From a virus: a DNA stretch of 64,000 bases. A model generated the notes under the pieces. The model saw only the letters and a program-made list of their open reading frames with translations, ran no database searches and had not been told where the DNA came from. Positions 1 through 11,000 of this stretch are shown in pieces (position 1 is the stretch's first letter; the number at the start of each line of letters is the position of its first letter). The stretch spans positions 96,001 through 160,000 of the IMG/VR virus record IMGVR_UViG_3300013126_000010, one strand, 5' to 3'. Position numbers and translations under genes: made by a program.

Positions 1-654
1 AGGCTGCGGATAATACTCGGAATAACCATATCCTAAAAAATCGAAACCATATGAATCAAAACCATATGAATTTATTGTTCCTTTATCATATCCAGCACTA
101 TCATATGGATTCGTATCATAAAATCCAGATGATTGTTGGTTTAATGTTTGTGATAGTAATGGTTTTATAAATCCATATATTCTACCGGTAGGTGATAATG
201 TAAGTCCAGGAGGTAATATTCCATCTTTTTGGTTAATCCAGAATGTCAACTGCTGACCAGCAACAATATCATTATCAATTGCTAACAACTGGAAATCGAC
301 ATATGATTCATCAAGTATATAATAAGAATCACTTGGCCCAATCGGTAATTCACCTTCATTTGTGACCCATGATGTAATATCAGCGCCATCAACATTTATG
401 GTAAAAGTTCTATCTGATATCAAGCTGTTAAGAACTGCTCGTATAACAAATTTTGATTTTTTTAATGATACTACTTCGTGTGGTGTACCAATGATTTCAT
501 TATTTTTTAAATAAAGTCCCCCAGGCAATGATCCAGATATCAATGTTGTAGTCGTATTAATAGAATCTACTAATGGCAATGTATATTGATATGCAGATGC
601 TTCAGGTATAGTATCTAATGATATAGGGTTAGGAATACTCCAAATATTTGCCAT
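1..654 (-). CDS. Virion structural protein (baseplate/Ig-like repeat type), runs off the left window edge
   Basis: Not in ORF track; ATG at 654 reads MANIWSIPNPISLDTIPEAS...GSLPGGLYL...LPPGLTLSPTGRIYG, open to position 1; LPPGLTLS motif typical of putative-Ig repeats; adjacent to tail genes. Confidence 0.65.
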   Translation of the reverse strand, partial: MANIWSIPNPISLDTIPEASAYQYTLPLVDSINTTTTLISGSLPGGLYLKNNEIIGTPHEVVSLKKSKFVIRAVLNSLISDRTFTINVDGADITSWVTNEGELPIGPSDSYYILDESYVDFQLLAIDNDIVAGQQLTFWINQKDGILPPGLTLSPTGRIYGFIKPLLSQTLNQQSSGFYDTNPYDSAGYDKGTINSYGFDSYGFDFLGYGYSEYYPQP

Positions 655-663
655 GTAGAATCC

Positions 664-1566
664 TTAGCTCAAATTCACCCACACACCATTCTGATAGCCC
701 TGGAACGCATTGTCAGTCGTGTTGTAAATCATATCACCAGCGACAGCGGTAATGGCATCTCGTTCAATGGTGGTCATCTGAGCGAGTCTCAGTGGTGCTT
801 TAACAGTTAATTCCTCTAACGTGGTTGGAATATAATGAATCCCATCCCACACTAATAACTGATTTATAGCAGGGACATTGGTTGAAACATTATACAATCC
901 TTCAATACTATGATTACTTATATTGTCTACCGTGCCAGATACATCACCAATGACTGATCCGGTATGAACTCCAGTAGTATTACCGAATACGTTGCCATAT
1001 ACATCACCCGTAAGTACACCATCAATAGATGTTGTTACAGTAATGATATCAGTTACAATATTACCACATGTTATATTTTTACCACTGGCATTTACATCAG
1101 ATGAAAATATTATAGAATTGTTAGTTTTTAATACTAATGATTTATCAGAAAATAATTCTACCGCATTATTTACAGTAGATATTGCTATTTCATTCAGTTT
1201 TAGGTTAGAGTATTCACCATCAACTTTATTGAATATTGAATACCCATTAGTGTCTAAATCACTAGAAAGAGTAGGTGATAAATCATCAATTAACCCATTA
1301 ATAGATTCTGGTACACTAATTATAATATGTTCAGGGGTATCTGTTATAATAACTTGCTGAGAATATGATATTAATGGTTTGAATTTTATATTTACACCAT
1401 CAACTACTAACACTGAAGAACCGGTGGTTGTGGTGTTGTCAAATGTGTTTAATCTTTCTTTTAGATATTTTAAATTATTATCTGTTTTGTGGAAAGCAGT
1501 ATTAAGGTCATCTGCTGTTCCAGAATTAGCCAATGCTCCAAAATTGTAATTAGTCCATTCAGTCAT
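664..1566 (-). CDS. Tail/virion structural protein
   Basis: N-terminal ANSGTADDLNTAFHKTDNN resembles the N-terminus of the neighbouring ORF; C-terminal MTTIERDAI..GDMIYNTTDNAFQGY typical of phage tail-fibre ends. Confidence 0.6.
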   Translation of the reverse strand: MTEWTNYNFGALANSGTADDLNTAFHKTDNNLKYLKERLNTFDNTTTTGSSVLVVDGVNIKFKPLISYSQQVIITDTPEHIIISVPESINGLIDDLSPTLSSDLDTNGYSIFNKVDGEYSNLKLNEIAISTVNNAVELFSDKSLVLKTNNSIIFSSDVNASGKNITCGNIVTDIITVTTSIDGVLTGDVYGNVFGNTTGVHTGSVIGDVSGTVDNISNHSIEGLYNVSTNVPAINQLLVWDGIHYIPTTLEELTVKAPLRLAQMTTIERDAITAVAGDMIYNTTDNAFQGYQNGVWVNLS

Positions 1567-1575
1567 TTTTATTCC

Positions 1576-2727
1576 TTATAATTGGTATACACTAAACCAT
1601 GTTGTTCCATCACATGCAATAATAGCTGATGTCATTACAGTGTTGAGTATATCTATTCCACTATACTTCAAGTTAATATTATCACTGCTAGTACTATGAA
1701 TAATTACTGATCTACCAGCGATAAGTGGTAAATTATATACCCGTGCTGAACCGTGGGTGTCATTAATTGATAACACAGTTGGTAAATTTGCATTGGTAAA
1801 TGTAATTGGTCCAGTTGTAGAATCGACTAAAGCAGATGGTGATGGCTCTAATGCAGTTATTCTAGATGCCAATGAAGATTCAGCTGATTGTGCGCGTGTT
1901 ATCTCATTATTAATACTAGTTGTTCTTGATGATGCTTCATTGCTTATAGCAGTAGTTAATGATGCTTCGGCTGCTTGGGCACGTGTTATCTCACTATTAA
2001 TACTGGATGTTCTTGATGATGCTTCATTACTGATAGCAGTAGCTAATGATGATTCAGCTGATTGTGCGCGTGTTATCTCATTATTAATACTAGTTGTTCT
2101 TAATGATGCTTCATTACTGATAGCAGTAGCTAATGATGATTCAGCTGATTGTGCACGTGTTGTTTCGGATGAAATAGCATCAGAAATGGTTGTAATACTA
2201 TTGGTAATAGCCAGTTCAGCCGCAGTTGCTCGTGATATTTCAGAATCCAACGAAGAAATTGATGCTACTACGTTGCTATCAACGGCAATAGTTCCAACAG
2301 TAAGTTCAATAGGTAAAATACCATACCCAGCCGTAAATGCATTCCATGCTAATTCATTACTGAAATAATACTTACCACCGCTTTCTGTAATTTGATCAGT
2401 ATATAGATTGGCTAATGAATTTGCTGATATTAGTATATTATTATCTGATGATACATCAATGGTAACACCTGCTCCAGCGATAATATTTCTGCATGAAATA
2501 CTATTACCAGAATTGTTGCTCATTAAAAGTTGATTGGAACTATATGGATTGGTAGTTTTATTTCCAAAATCGGATAGATTTGCAAATTTTAACGTATCTC
2601 CACCAAGTATTGCACTGGATAGTAACGAAAAATTAGAATTAACTTTTTTGAATGCTTCTCTGATGGTGTCACCAGAACCGTCATTTCCACGTGTCCCTAC
2701 ATCGATGGATTGAATTGTTGTTGCCAT
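1576..2727 (-). CDS. Tail fibre-like protein with 29-aa coiled-coil repeats
   Basis: IDVGTRGNDGSGDTIREAFKKVNSNF N-terminus; repeated AISNEASxRTxSINxEITRAQxAExSL. Confidence 0.65.
   Translation of the reverse strand: MATTIQSIDVGTRGNDGSGDTIREAFKKVNSNFSLLSSAILGGDTLKFANLSDFGNKTTNPYSSNQLLMSNNSGNSISCRNIIAGAGVTIDVSSDNNILISANSLANLYTDQITESGGKYYFSNELAWNAFTAGYGILPIELTVGTIAVDSNVVASISSLDSEISRATAAELAITNSITTISDAISSETTRAQSAESSLATAISNEASLRTTSINNEITRAQSAESSLATAISNEASSRTSSINSEITRAQAAEASLTTAISNEASSRTTSINNEITRAQSAESSLASRITALEPSPSALVDSTTGPITFTNANLPTVLSINDTHGSARVYNLPLIAGRSVIIHSTSSDNINLKYSGIDILNTVMTSAIIACDGTTWFSVYQL
1866..2190 (-). repeat. 87-bp (29-aa) tandem coding repeat, about 3.5 units
   Basis: gattcagctgattgtgcgcgtgttatctcattattaatactagttgttctt recurs 174 bp apart (1878 and 2052) with an intervening variant unit. 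Confidence 0.85.
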
Positions 2728-2775
2728 TAGGATAAAATCTCCGCATATTTCTATTATTTATCCATAATAGAAAAC

Positions 2776-3477
2776 TCAGATCCAATGGTTTATAATAATA
2801 TCATCGATGACATCTGATGGCTTTGGATCGCCATGAAAAACTAAAATTTTAGTGTCCGGGTGAATAATAGGTGCTGATTTTTGTTGGAATGTTATCTTAT
2901 TTTCGATTTTTATTAATTCATTTCTATTTCTCACTTCCCATTTATAACTTCGTATCCAGTTATCAGGAAAATATTCAAAATTATCGGTTAAGTATTTATT
3001 TAAAAAATCTTGGTCACCATGAAATGAATGTATTTGATTAAAATCATTTTTCAGAATGTCCCAAAGATGGTGGTAATTGGCTGATTTAAATTTGAATACC
3101 GAACTATTGAATTTCGTCCATGTTGGTATCGATGCTCTAGTAAAATCCCTGATGATACTAAATTTGGTTGGTTCATACTGAAATATATCGTCAATGTTGT
3201 TAATTATGACGACATCGAGGTCAATAAATAAAATTTCACCATGGATAGGCATTTCATCACTGAATACCCACGGTTTGAACCACCATCCAGATAAATTGTA
3301 ATCTGGTAATGGTATATGATGTATATTTGGGTGCAACCCAAGTGGATCTTCTGTTATACAAGCAAAACGAAAAGGAATTGTTAAGTTCCTTTTCGTCATG
3401 TTGTACAATTTATTCACATAATCATATGAATATTTGGTGCCATGCTTTAGACATAACACCCATTTTTCATTTAGCAT
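2776..3477 (-). CDS. Glycosyltransferase-like protein (GT-A fold)
   Basis: LKHGTKY, WWFK, FIDLDVVI (DxD), FNSS, HGDQDF, VFHGDPKP motifs. Confidence 0.7.
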   Translation of the reverse strand: MLNEKWVLCLKHGTKYSYDYVNKLYNMTKRNLTIPFRFACITEDPLGLHPNIHHIPLPDYNLSGWWFKPWVFSDEMPIHGEILFIDLDVVIINNIDDIFQYEPTKFSIIRDFTRASIPTWTKFNSSVFKFKSANYHHLWDILKNDFNQIHSFHGDQDFLNKYLTDNFEYFPDNWIRSYKWEVRNRNELIKIENKITFQQKSAPIIHPDTKILVFHGDPKPSDVIDDIIINHWI

Positions 3478-3701
3478 GCACCTGGGCCACTGATAGGCTG
3501 TGCATTACCATTTTCATCAATCAGTATTTTAACGTGGTCAATACATCTCGTTTCAATACGTCCATTTAAACCATACGAATAGTCTGATTGTGTTGATATC
3601 GTATCCCCGTTAAGAGCAGGTATTGCGATAGATGCAATAATACCAATAATAGCAATTACTATCATCAGTTCAATTAAAGTGAATCCGTTAACAGCTTTCA
3701 T
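3471..3701 (-). CDS. Short type IV pilin-like protein (class III signal peptide)
   Basis: NGFTLIELMIVIAIIGIIASIAIP = prepilin G/F cleavage site, E5 and hydrophobic helix. Confidence 0.8.
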   Translation of the reverse strand: MKAVNGFTLIELMIVIAIIGIIASIAIPALNGDTISTQSDYSYGLNGRIETRCIDHVKILIDENGNAQPISGPGAC

Positions 3702-3713
3702 ATGTTTCCTGTA

Positions 3714-4175
3714 TTATGCAATTGTGCGATTAATTGAACCATATCTGATAGCAATTCTTGTCAGAATTGTTGGATGGCTCAGGTCTTTGTTATACTTACC
3801 AAGAACGATTTCTTCGGCAATATCATCAGGTTTTGATGATGAATAATCAAAACTACCCAGTTTGATATCACCAAGTAAGCAACCACCAAAGGTGATGGTT
3901 TCAATTACATTACCGTTATTCAGTACTTCTAAATTCATATTGAACTTAGTATGCTGTGTACCAGTGTTTAATGATTGGATACTTTTAGCCAGATCGTTAT
4001 TTACATCATCTTCACAATACAAATATACAGTGGCATAGTCACGAGTAGAATTGAGTGAAAATGGGGAGATTTTGACCAATTGTTCTGAAATCACAGTTGT
4101 TACTTCATCCTCGACTGTGCGGCATTTGATTGATAGACGAAAATTATCACGCAGTTTTGGTGTACGAATTGTCAT
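3714..4175 (-). CDS. Tail-tube-like protein paralogue
   Basis: PKLRDNFR...CEDD...VIETITFGGCLLGDIKLGSFDYSSS..IRY resembles myovirus tube proteins (recalled pattern). Confidence 0.45.
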   Translation of the reverse strand: MTIRTPKLRDNFRLSIKCRTVEDEVTTVISEQLVKISPFSLNSTRDYATVYLYCEDDVNNDLAKSIQSLNTGTQHTKFNMNLEVLNNGNVIETITFGGCLLGDIKLGSFDYSSSKPDDIAEEIVLGKYNKDLSHPTILTRIAIRYGSINRTIA

Positions 4176-4209
4176 ATTGTTACCTTGAGTTGTTGTTAAA
4201 AAATTGTAG

Positions 4210-4452
4210 TCATTTCCATTTAAGAATATAAAATATTAGCTTTTCTTCTGTAAATAATACTCTGACATTTATCATCATATCACCATCTGGTGTATATGTC
4301 AATAGTTTTTCGATAGAAACAGCATTATTTTTCACCCATCGTCCTTTTGATGTTTTCATAAATTGTTCAATACTACTATCATGATACATCATTTTAGTAG
4401 TATACACTATGATTGATTTTAATGTGCGAGTTTTTCCTGCTACCAGGGTCAT
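4210..4452 (-). CDS. Hypothetical protein
   Basis: ORF tiling with neighbours on the same strand. Confidence 0.5.
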   Translation of the reverse strand: MTLVAGKTRTLKSIIVYTTKMMYHDSSIEQFMKTSKGRWVKNNAVSIEKLLTYTPDGDMMINVRVLFTEEKLIFYILKWK

Positions 4453-5627
4453 AATGCTTTTAATAATACTTGATTTTCAGTTAATTTTCCAGATGCTTTG
4501 ATATCTAATGTATCAATATCATCAATAAAAGTCTTTAAAGCTAGTTTACCACTATTTTTAAACTTTGTCAACTGTTCAACTGGTTTTAATAACGTTTTTC
4601 CTATGGATTTTATACTATCATAATTATCAATAGAGGTTCCATTGACCGATAACCCCCCATCTTTACCAACAAATCGATAAAGTTTCCTAGTTTTTGTATC
4701 ATAAAGGAACAATTCGGTTGCACCAATGATGGTAATGGGATCAATACTACTCAAACCCAATTTTTCATCCGTTGATTTGAACTTTAGTTTTGCCACCATC
4801 TTTTCTTTACTGATAGGTTTGGCTGCACGAGGTTTCTTGATATTGGTATTTTCTACCAGTTTATCACATTCCTCAAATAATTTCAAGTATATTTCATATA
4901 ATGATCTTATTAACTTTATTGGGTATGAGCTATATGCTTCTTTTATTTGTTCATCACATGTTTTTTCTACTACTGACTGTAATTCAGTTGATATTGATGC
5001 AAATGCAGATTTAATGGTCGCAACATGCTGATGTTTAATGTTATATTCTCGTAATAGTTCATCAACTTTTATGATAATAGATTGATTTTTGTAAAATTTT
5101 TCAACAATATCATCAAATTCTGAAATAAACCGGTGAACAATCTCTTCATTTTTATCCACTTTTGGTTTTTCTTCAATTTGATCATCGTCATCAAACTCTG
5201 AAATATCCTGTTTACTGTCCTCTAGTATGCTTACAATGCGATTGCTTATCCAACCCTTTATGTCATGGTTACCCAATGCTAAGGAACGTTCTACAGGCAT
5301 TCCATTAAGCACACAGCTTATTAATCCACTAATGGTTGAATTGCATCTCCAATCTTTTACTTTTTTGAATTGTCGTATGGTATCTACATCATATCCTTCT
5401 ATAGTCATCCATTTTATAACTAATCGCTTTGATTCCTTTTTGTCTAACATGAGGTTGTAATACTGCATTGCCTCGTGGAATTTACTTCTGAATTCAGTAT
5501 CAATCCATTCTTCTGCACCGTTCCAGCTGGGACTGTTATCTTGTTTTAATGATTGTCGTATGGTATGAATATTGGTTGTTGATTTTTTCTTACGTGATTT
5601 TGCCGCCATTGTTCGCTCCGAATGCAA
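4449..5627 (-). CDS. Hypothetical phage protein (likely start MAAK near 5609)
   Basis: Long ORF in gene-dense strand. Confidence 0.7.
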   Translation of the reverse strand: MHSERTMAAKSRKKKSTTNIHTIRQSLKQDNSPSWNGAEEWIDTEFRSKFHEAMQYYNLMLDKKESKRLVIKWMTIEGYDVDTIRQFKKVKDWRCNSTISGLISCVLNGMPVERSLALGNHDIKGWISNRIVSILEDSKQDISEFDDDDQIEEKPKVDKNEEIVHRFISEFDDIVEKFYKNQSIIIKVDELLREYNIKHQHVATIKSAFASISTELQSVVEKTCDEQIKEAYSSYPIKLIRSLYEIYLKLFEECDKLVENTNIKKPRAAKPISKEKMVAKLKFKSTDEKLGLSSIDPITIIGATELFLYDTKTRKLYRFVGKDGGLSVNGTSIDNYDSIKSIGKTLLKPVEQLTKFKNSGKLALKTFIDDIDTLDIKASGKLTENQVLLKAL

Positions 5628-5709
5628 TTATTTATTAATGATAGCAAATTTTTTAGATCTTACAAGATGGTGAGTTATGATCAGTTGTCCAATCATAACT
5701 CAAATGATA

Positions 5710-5940
5710 TTATTTTTTAGATTGACACGCATCTACTATGGCGTTGACTTGGTGTGACATATTGACATAATTTTTTAACAATATGTTACCTCCATCATCA
5801 GCCATAATGTTGTCTGCAATTTCAATATTTGCAGATTTTGGGATTTTTGCAGCTGGTTGTAAATTATCAATAGCTAATTCACATTGTGAACGAGCACAAC
5901 CAGATAGTAATACTATGATGAATAATGATAATTTTCTCAT
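5710..5940 (-). CDS. Small lipoprotein
   Basis: Signal peptide with lipobox LSGC. Confidence 0.65.
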   Translation of the reverse strand: MRKLSLFIIVLLSGCARSQCELAIDNLQPAAKIPKSANIEIADNIMADDGGNILLKNYVNMSHQVNAIVDACQSKK

Positions 5941-6332
5941 TGTAATTTCTCTATATCGTCATTTAACGAAGAAGATACAAGTCGTTTTTTGGACGGAGTT
6001 GGTGCAGGTTCAGGTTCAGATACTTCTTCTACGTTAACTTCTTCGGGTGCTGATATATTCTTAGGTTTAAAACCTACTTTTGTAGACGTTGCCATAGTTG
6101 ATCCAATATTGAATAAACCAGCAACAGTAGTTATACCAGTTGCTAATCCAATAAGTTGTTCCGGGGTTAATTGCATATTACAAATACCACAGTCAAACAT
6201 ATTTAATACAGCAACCAATCCAGATAGTAAAACCATTATTGTATTAGCATTAATGGTTTTTTGTTTCCAGAATTCAGGATTTGCAACAGATTTTCCTGCT
6301 TGGAAAATCTCCATCATTTGTGAAATTTTCAT
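5937..6332 (-). CDS. Two-TM membrane protein (holin-like)
   Basis: Two hydrophobic segments and a charged C-tail; next to lipoprotein gene. Confidence 0.4.
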   Translation of the reverse strand: MKISQMMEIFQAGKSVANPEFWKQKTINANTIMVLLSGLVAVLNMFDCGICNMQLTPEQLIGLATGITTVAGLFNIGSTMATSTKVGFKPKNISAPEEVNVEEVSEPEPAPTPSKKRLVSSSLNDDIEKLQ

Positions 6333-6598
6333 TATTCTATACCTTTTAGCTCAACTACTGCAATTTCTATTGCCAAGTTAACTAAACGATTTGCATAAGA
6401 AATTTCTTTTACTGCAAGTTCAGCTAAAATAATACCGATAGCTGCGGTGCGTTTTGCGTCAGATGTCAACAGTGATGGATCTGATTCAATCTGTCTGATT
6501 GCATCTCTGGCAACTGGTATAATAATATCCAATTGTTCTTGTACTGCTTTTTTAAAAAACTTTGAAAAAAAGTTTTTTAGTGCGTCGAATAGTTTCAT
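6332..6598 (-). CDS. Hypothetical protein
   Basis: ORF with overlapping start/stop coupling. Confidence 0.55.
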   Translation of the reverse strand: MKLFDALKNFFSKFFKKAVQEQLDIIIPVARDAIRQIESDPSLLTSDAKRTAAIGIILAELAVKEISYANRLVNLAIEIAVVELKGIE

Positions 6599-6785
6599 GA
6601 TTTTCTCCTAATTAGTATGACTATTTATCATTCTAATGGATGTTCTGGCCTATTTGAGCAGTACTCACAATTTTCATCGTCACATTTATGTTCTAACCAA
6701 ATATTACATAGCGCACAAAAATATGCATCATATTTTTGATCATACATTTGTGGTTGTTTGCAATGTGGACAAATATCGATTTGTA

Positions 6786-7607
6786 TCATGTCCACATTGA
6801 TTGACGAACTTTTATCAATCTTATCATCATTTTTTCATCTTCATCATCATATTCCTTTTCTATATGATGTAAAACATCTAATAATTTTGATGTCTTCTTT
6901 TGCTCTTCTGGTGTTTTATCGTTAAAATATGAAAATAAATTATCTTCATTGGATCGTCGTGAATCACAATAAGCAGACCATCCACTAATATCATATGGGT
7001 CTGGTCTATTTGGTCTAATATTTTTCCACCATTCATACAATTCTAATTGTTCTTTTGCTGCAATAGCTTGTAATGTTGGTGTTCCATAATCCTGATCTAA
7101 CCAATGGGTGTATTCTTCATTGGTTAATGTCATTTCCCATTTTAAATAATCGACTCCAGCTTCAGGGCATCTCCACTCTCTAAACCATCTTAACAACCAA
7201 TATTTGCGGAATGTGGGTACAGCATATTTTTTCTGTGCATCTTTACTCCACATACAGTAATGCCATGCTTTTTCCACTTCAACGAAGTTTACCAATTCAT
7301 CAAACAAACAGTTTAAGATTCTAGTATCAAAATCGTACCATTGTCCTTTTTTTAAATTAGACGTTAACGCATGGGTTTTTGTAGTGAATCTATTATTCAA
7401 ATAATATCTGACATCATTAATTTTACCAGGGATATAATTAACAAACTTTTGCACATCATCAAAAAATTCTTCAACTAACCAATATCGAAACGGGAAATCA
7501 TCTTTTGCTGTTTTATGCCAATCATCCCATCCTTCCCATGTTTCACTATATGGTTTTGTTGTTCCGCGAATTTTGTCTGCAAGTTTGCTACAACTCCAGT
7601 AGTTCAT
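6786..7607 (-). CDS. Trp-rich hypothetical phage protein
   Basis: Long ORF, coding-like composition. Confidence 0.7.
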   Translation of the reverse strand: MNYWSCSKLADKIRGTTKPYSETWEGWDDWHKTAKDDFPFRYWLVEEFFDDVQKFVNYIPGKINDVRYYLNNRFTTKTHALTSNLKKGQWYDFDTRILNCLFDELVNFVEVEKAWHYCMWSKDAQKKYAVPTFRKYWLLRWFREWRCPEAGVDYLKWEMTLTNEEYTHWLDQDYGTPTLQAIAAKEQLELYEWWKNIRPNRPDPYDISGWSAYCDSRRSNEDNLFSYFNDKTPEEQKKTSKLLDVLHHIEKEYDDEDEKMMIRLIKVRQSMWT

Positions 7608-7608
7608 G

Positions 7609-7809
7609 TTACCTCTGATATTTAATTAATGGTTGTTGATCTTCTTTTAGTGGCCAACTGTATGTTCTATAACAATCAACACACCCTTTCATAAACTGTG
7701 TTCTAAATAGGAGCATTGATGTTTTGCAAAATGGGCATTTATCATTATTAAACAATATCAATTGTTCGATTGTTAATGATGAATTATTTGTCATGCCTAA
7801 ATCCAGCAA
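7609..7809 (-). CDS. Small zinc-ribbon protein
   Basis: CPFC...CVDC. Confidence 0.45.
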   Translation of the reverse strand: MLDLGMTNNSSLTIEQLILFNNDKCPFCKTSMLLFRTQFMKGCVDCYRTYSWPLKEDQQPLIKYQR

Positions 7810-9082
7810 ATCTTGGAAAACGCAATGAGTAAGTTAAATCTTGATTCTGTGTAATAGCATCTGCCATAATTTCTACTGTTTTTCCAATAATATCACGTTT
7901 ATTTATCCAATATTCACCTCGTTGTTCATCTGAAAATCCAGAACCACAACTAACATCAATTAATCGTCCATCATCTATTCCATTACACGAGAATGCCCCC
8001 ATCATCCCTTCATATTTACCAGTACCCTCTACTACATCAAATACAACAAGATCAACTGATATAACAGGTTTTTTCTTTAGCCATGCCACTGAACGTTTTA
8101 ATTCATACGGAGCATCGGGATCTTTTAACATTATTCCTTCAAATCCACCAGCAATTGCAGTTTCATTAAGTTGTTTGAATCGTATGTTACCTTCTGCAGT
8201 GTCTAAATCAACCAACTCTTGATTAACAACTTGTATATAATTAGCAAGAGCCAAAAATATGTTTCTGCCATACCAATTATGCAATTTTTCAAGACGTTCG
8301 TATTGTGGTATTTCACATTTACCACGTTGAAAATCAACAAGTGGGATCATGTCAAACAAATACAATACTGAATCATTTGTAACAACATTATCTTTTCGAT
8401 AAAGTTGTTTCATTAATGCTTGAAAATTAGAACCCATTATCTCACCATCAAAAACATACGGTTGATCTAAATGAATGGACATTTGACCAAGCTGGTTTCG
8501 AATTTGTGGGAAGTTTATAAATTCTTTTCCATTTCTACTATATTGACACACATGGCCATTTGGATACACTATCGAAACAATACGAACACCATCATATTTT
8601 ATATCTATTAGTTTTTTACCCTTTACTTTTGATTCATGTTTTGCAGAATCATGTGCCAATTGTACAGAAAATACTGGTACGTGATATTGATTAAACTGTT
8701 TATCAACAACGTTATTGACTGTTTTTTCATTTACGCCACATTTTAGATTTTTATCTAATATTCGACGATACCAGAAATTCCATTCATCTGCAATAGACAA
8801 TTCCATCATTGTTTGGATTGCATCCCTTGCTGCATGACCAGTAAGGTCTCGATCACGTAATTGTATAAGCAATCCTTCGAAATCATCCCAGGTGATACCA
8901 GGACCATCAATTTTGGCAACTGGTAATTGTTTCACTCCAAAAGTAGTTAATGCATCAAGACAGTATTTTAATCCATTAAAAAACTCATCATTTTGTGACT
9001 GTGCTGCATCCAAGATAACACTTTCTTTGAATAATCTACTGTTATCGGTTTCTAATTGTTGGATGATTTCGAATGGTTTCAT
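7784..9082 (-). CDS. lig: ATP-dependent DNA ligase
   Basis: KYDGVR (motif I), FDGEI, YLFD, FEGIMLK, WLKKK, C-terminal OB fold with SLRFPRF. Confidence 0.95.
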   Translation of the reverse strand: MKPFEIIQQLETDNSRLFKESVILDAAQSQNDEFFNGLKYCLDALTTFGVKQLPVAKIDGPGITWDDFEGLLIQLRDRDLTGHAARDAIQTMMELSIADEWNFWYRRILDKNLKCGVNEKTVNNVVDKQFNQYHVPVFSVQLAHDSAKHESKVKGKKLIDIKYDGVRIVSIVYPNGHVCQYSRNGKEFINFPQIRNQLGQMSIHLDQPYVFDGEIMGSNFQALMKQLYRKDNVVTNDSVLYLFDMIPLVDFQRGKCEIPQYERLEKLHNWYGRNIFLALANYIQVVNQELVDLDTAEGNIRFKQLNETAIAGGFEGIMLKDPDAPYELKRSVAWLKKKPVISVDLVVFDVVEGTGKYEGMMGAFSCNGIDDGRLIDVSCGSGFSDEQRGEYWINKRDIIGKTVEIMADAITQNQDLTYSLRFPRFAGFRHDK

Positions 9083-9083
9083 G

Positions 9084-10154
9084 TTATTTACAGTTTAAGA
9101 GTTGGTGGTAAACAATTGTAGCTCCTATTTGTACTTTTGCCAAACATGATTGATATGGGTCGAACATAAATGGTGCCATTTTCCAGTTCATATCAGTATC
9201 AATTACCAAATCATGACTATCATCCCACACAGAGGCCACATTGTAGTTATTGATAAAATATGTTTCATCGGTACTTTCATCTAATACCAATTTACCACCA
9301 ATAATCACCATATTGTTTTTTACAATGGCTGGATTAAAAACCACTTTATTAATAGGATCTGTTGTGTCATACACGTAAATATTAAGAACAATTGGTTTTT
9401 TAGATACTAATTTTTTTGAAGTATCTGGTTCTTTTGCTTTTAATGTCACAGTGTGCCACAAATTTGCTTGTTCAACGGTTGGGGTCCAAATTATATCAAT
9501 AGTTGGAATTCCAGTGTGTTCAGATGTGTAAATATCAGATAATGTCGCACCAATTGGTAAAATACCATCTAGCGTAATCACATCTTCTTGCTTATCATAA
9601 ACTTGGATTGATATTTTAGATTCAACTCCAGCTTTAATATTCCAAACACTTTCTGTTGAAAAGATAACTGGGGCACTGTTTGGTAGTTTTGCATTGGTTT
9701 TATGCACAACTGGCTTAGGTGTCGCAGTAGGTTTAGGAGTAGAAGTTGGTGTAGGTGTTGGTGGTGTGGTTGGTAATGGTGTACTTGTTGGTAATGGTGT
9801 ACTGGTTGGAACCGGGGTACTTGTTGATGGCGTAGTTGGTTTGGGTGTAGATGTAGGTTGGGCAGTTGGTGTTGCAGTAACGGTCGGTTTTGTCGTGGCA
9901 GTTGGGTTGGGAGTTGCTGTTGCGACTGGTGCTGTACAAACAAATGAACCATTGTATGCTCCTCCCATTGTTGGGTATTTTGCTAAACAAAATGCAGCAA
10001 TACCGTTTTTACCAGTAGTCTTTAAACTACCAGATGGGTAACCAGCGTGGCATGCAGCACAGTTGGATGTACCATTTGCAGTGGCTATAGCCGGAGTCGC
10101 ATAGGCATCTACTCATACAATAGATGCCATTAACAATACAATATATTTAATCAT
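9084..10154 (-). pseudogene. Exported c-type cytochrome-like protein with Pro/Thr linker; in-frame TGA at 10113-10115
   Basis: Manual translation from ATG 10154: MIKYIVLLMASIV*VDAYATPAIATANGTSNCAACHAGYPSG..., in frame with the tracked ORF from 9968; CxxCH motif and PT-rich linker. Confidence 0.75.
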
Positions 10155-10269
10155 GATAGTACCTTTAAGTTATTAGAAATACACGGTGTTTATCACCGGC
10201 TATGTTTATTATATCAGATGTTGGTGCGGAAATAATTGATTAAGTTAACAATTTTAATCAATTATCAAG

Positions 10270-10878
10270 TTATGGACGTTTTTCTATCACTTTATCCGCT
10301 AACCCGAATGAGACAGCATCGTCTGCACTCATGAAAAAATCTCGTTGCATTGCATTTTTAAAATCATCATATGATTTTCCAGCAGAATTATGTTTAACAT
10401 ACAACTCTGTCAACCGTTCATTCAACCGCTCAGATTCTTCGAACTGTATTTTCATATCGTGGATAGTACCACGGGTGCCAGCAGATACACTGTGAATCAT
10501 TGTTCTGGTATCTGGAAGAATAAATCGTTTACTGGGTGCACCAGCTTGTGCAAGGAATGAACCCATTGAGCACACTTGACCCATTGCATAAGTTGCAACA
10601 TCTGGTTTGATAAACTCCATTGTATTATAGATGGACAATCCTGCAGTAACTGATCCACCAGGAGAATTAATAAAAATGCTTATGTCAGAGGTTGGATCTT
10701 CTGATTCTAAGAATAATAGTTGTGCAACAATGACATGTGACATTTCATCATGGATTTCGCCATTGATAAAAATCACTCTATCACGCAACATTCTGCTAAA
10801 AATATCGAAGCTACGTTCACCACGCGATGATTGTTCAACAACAACCGGGATTAAATTACTCATTATTATATTCACCAT
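10270..10878 (-). CDS. clpP: ATP-dependent Clp protease proteolytic subunit
   Basis: [34 protein letters not shown] (catalytic Ser), MIHS (His), RDFFMSA. Confidence 0.97.
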   Translation of the reverse strand: MVNIIMSNLIPVVVEQSSRGERSFDIFSRMLRDRVIFINGEIHDEMSHVIVAQLLFLESEDPTSDISIFINSPGGSVTAGLSIYNTMEFIKPDVATYAMGQVCSMGSFLAQAGAPSKRFILPDTRTMIHSVSAGTRGTIHDMKIQFEESERLNERLTELYVKHNSAGKSYDDFKNAMQRDFFMSADDAVSFGLADKVIEKRP

Positions 10879-11000
10879 TTACTAAGGGGGTTTCAGAAAA
10901 ATCTTTAATTGTGTTAGTCATTATAACATGATCTATAATGTTTGGCAATATAAAAACACTTAATAAAATGACAACAGTCCAAAATAAATAATTATTCATG

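Noticed and set aside
5710-6598. Spanin/holin lysis cassette
   Set aside because: No endolysin nearby and only topology supports it
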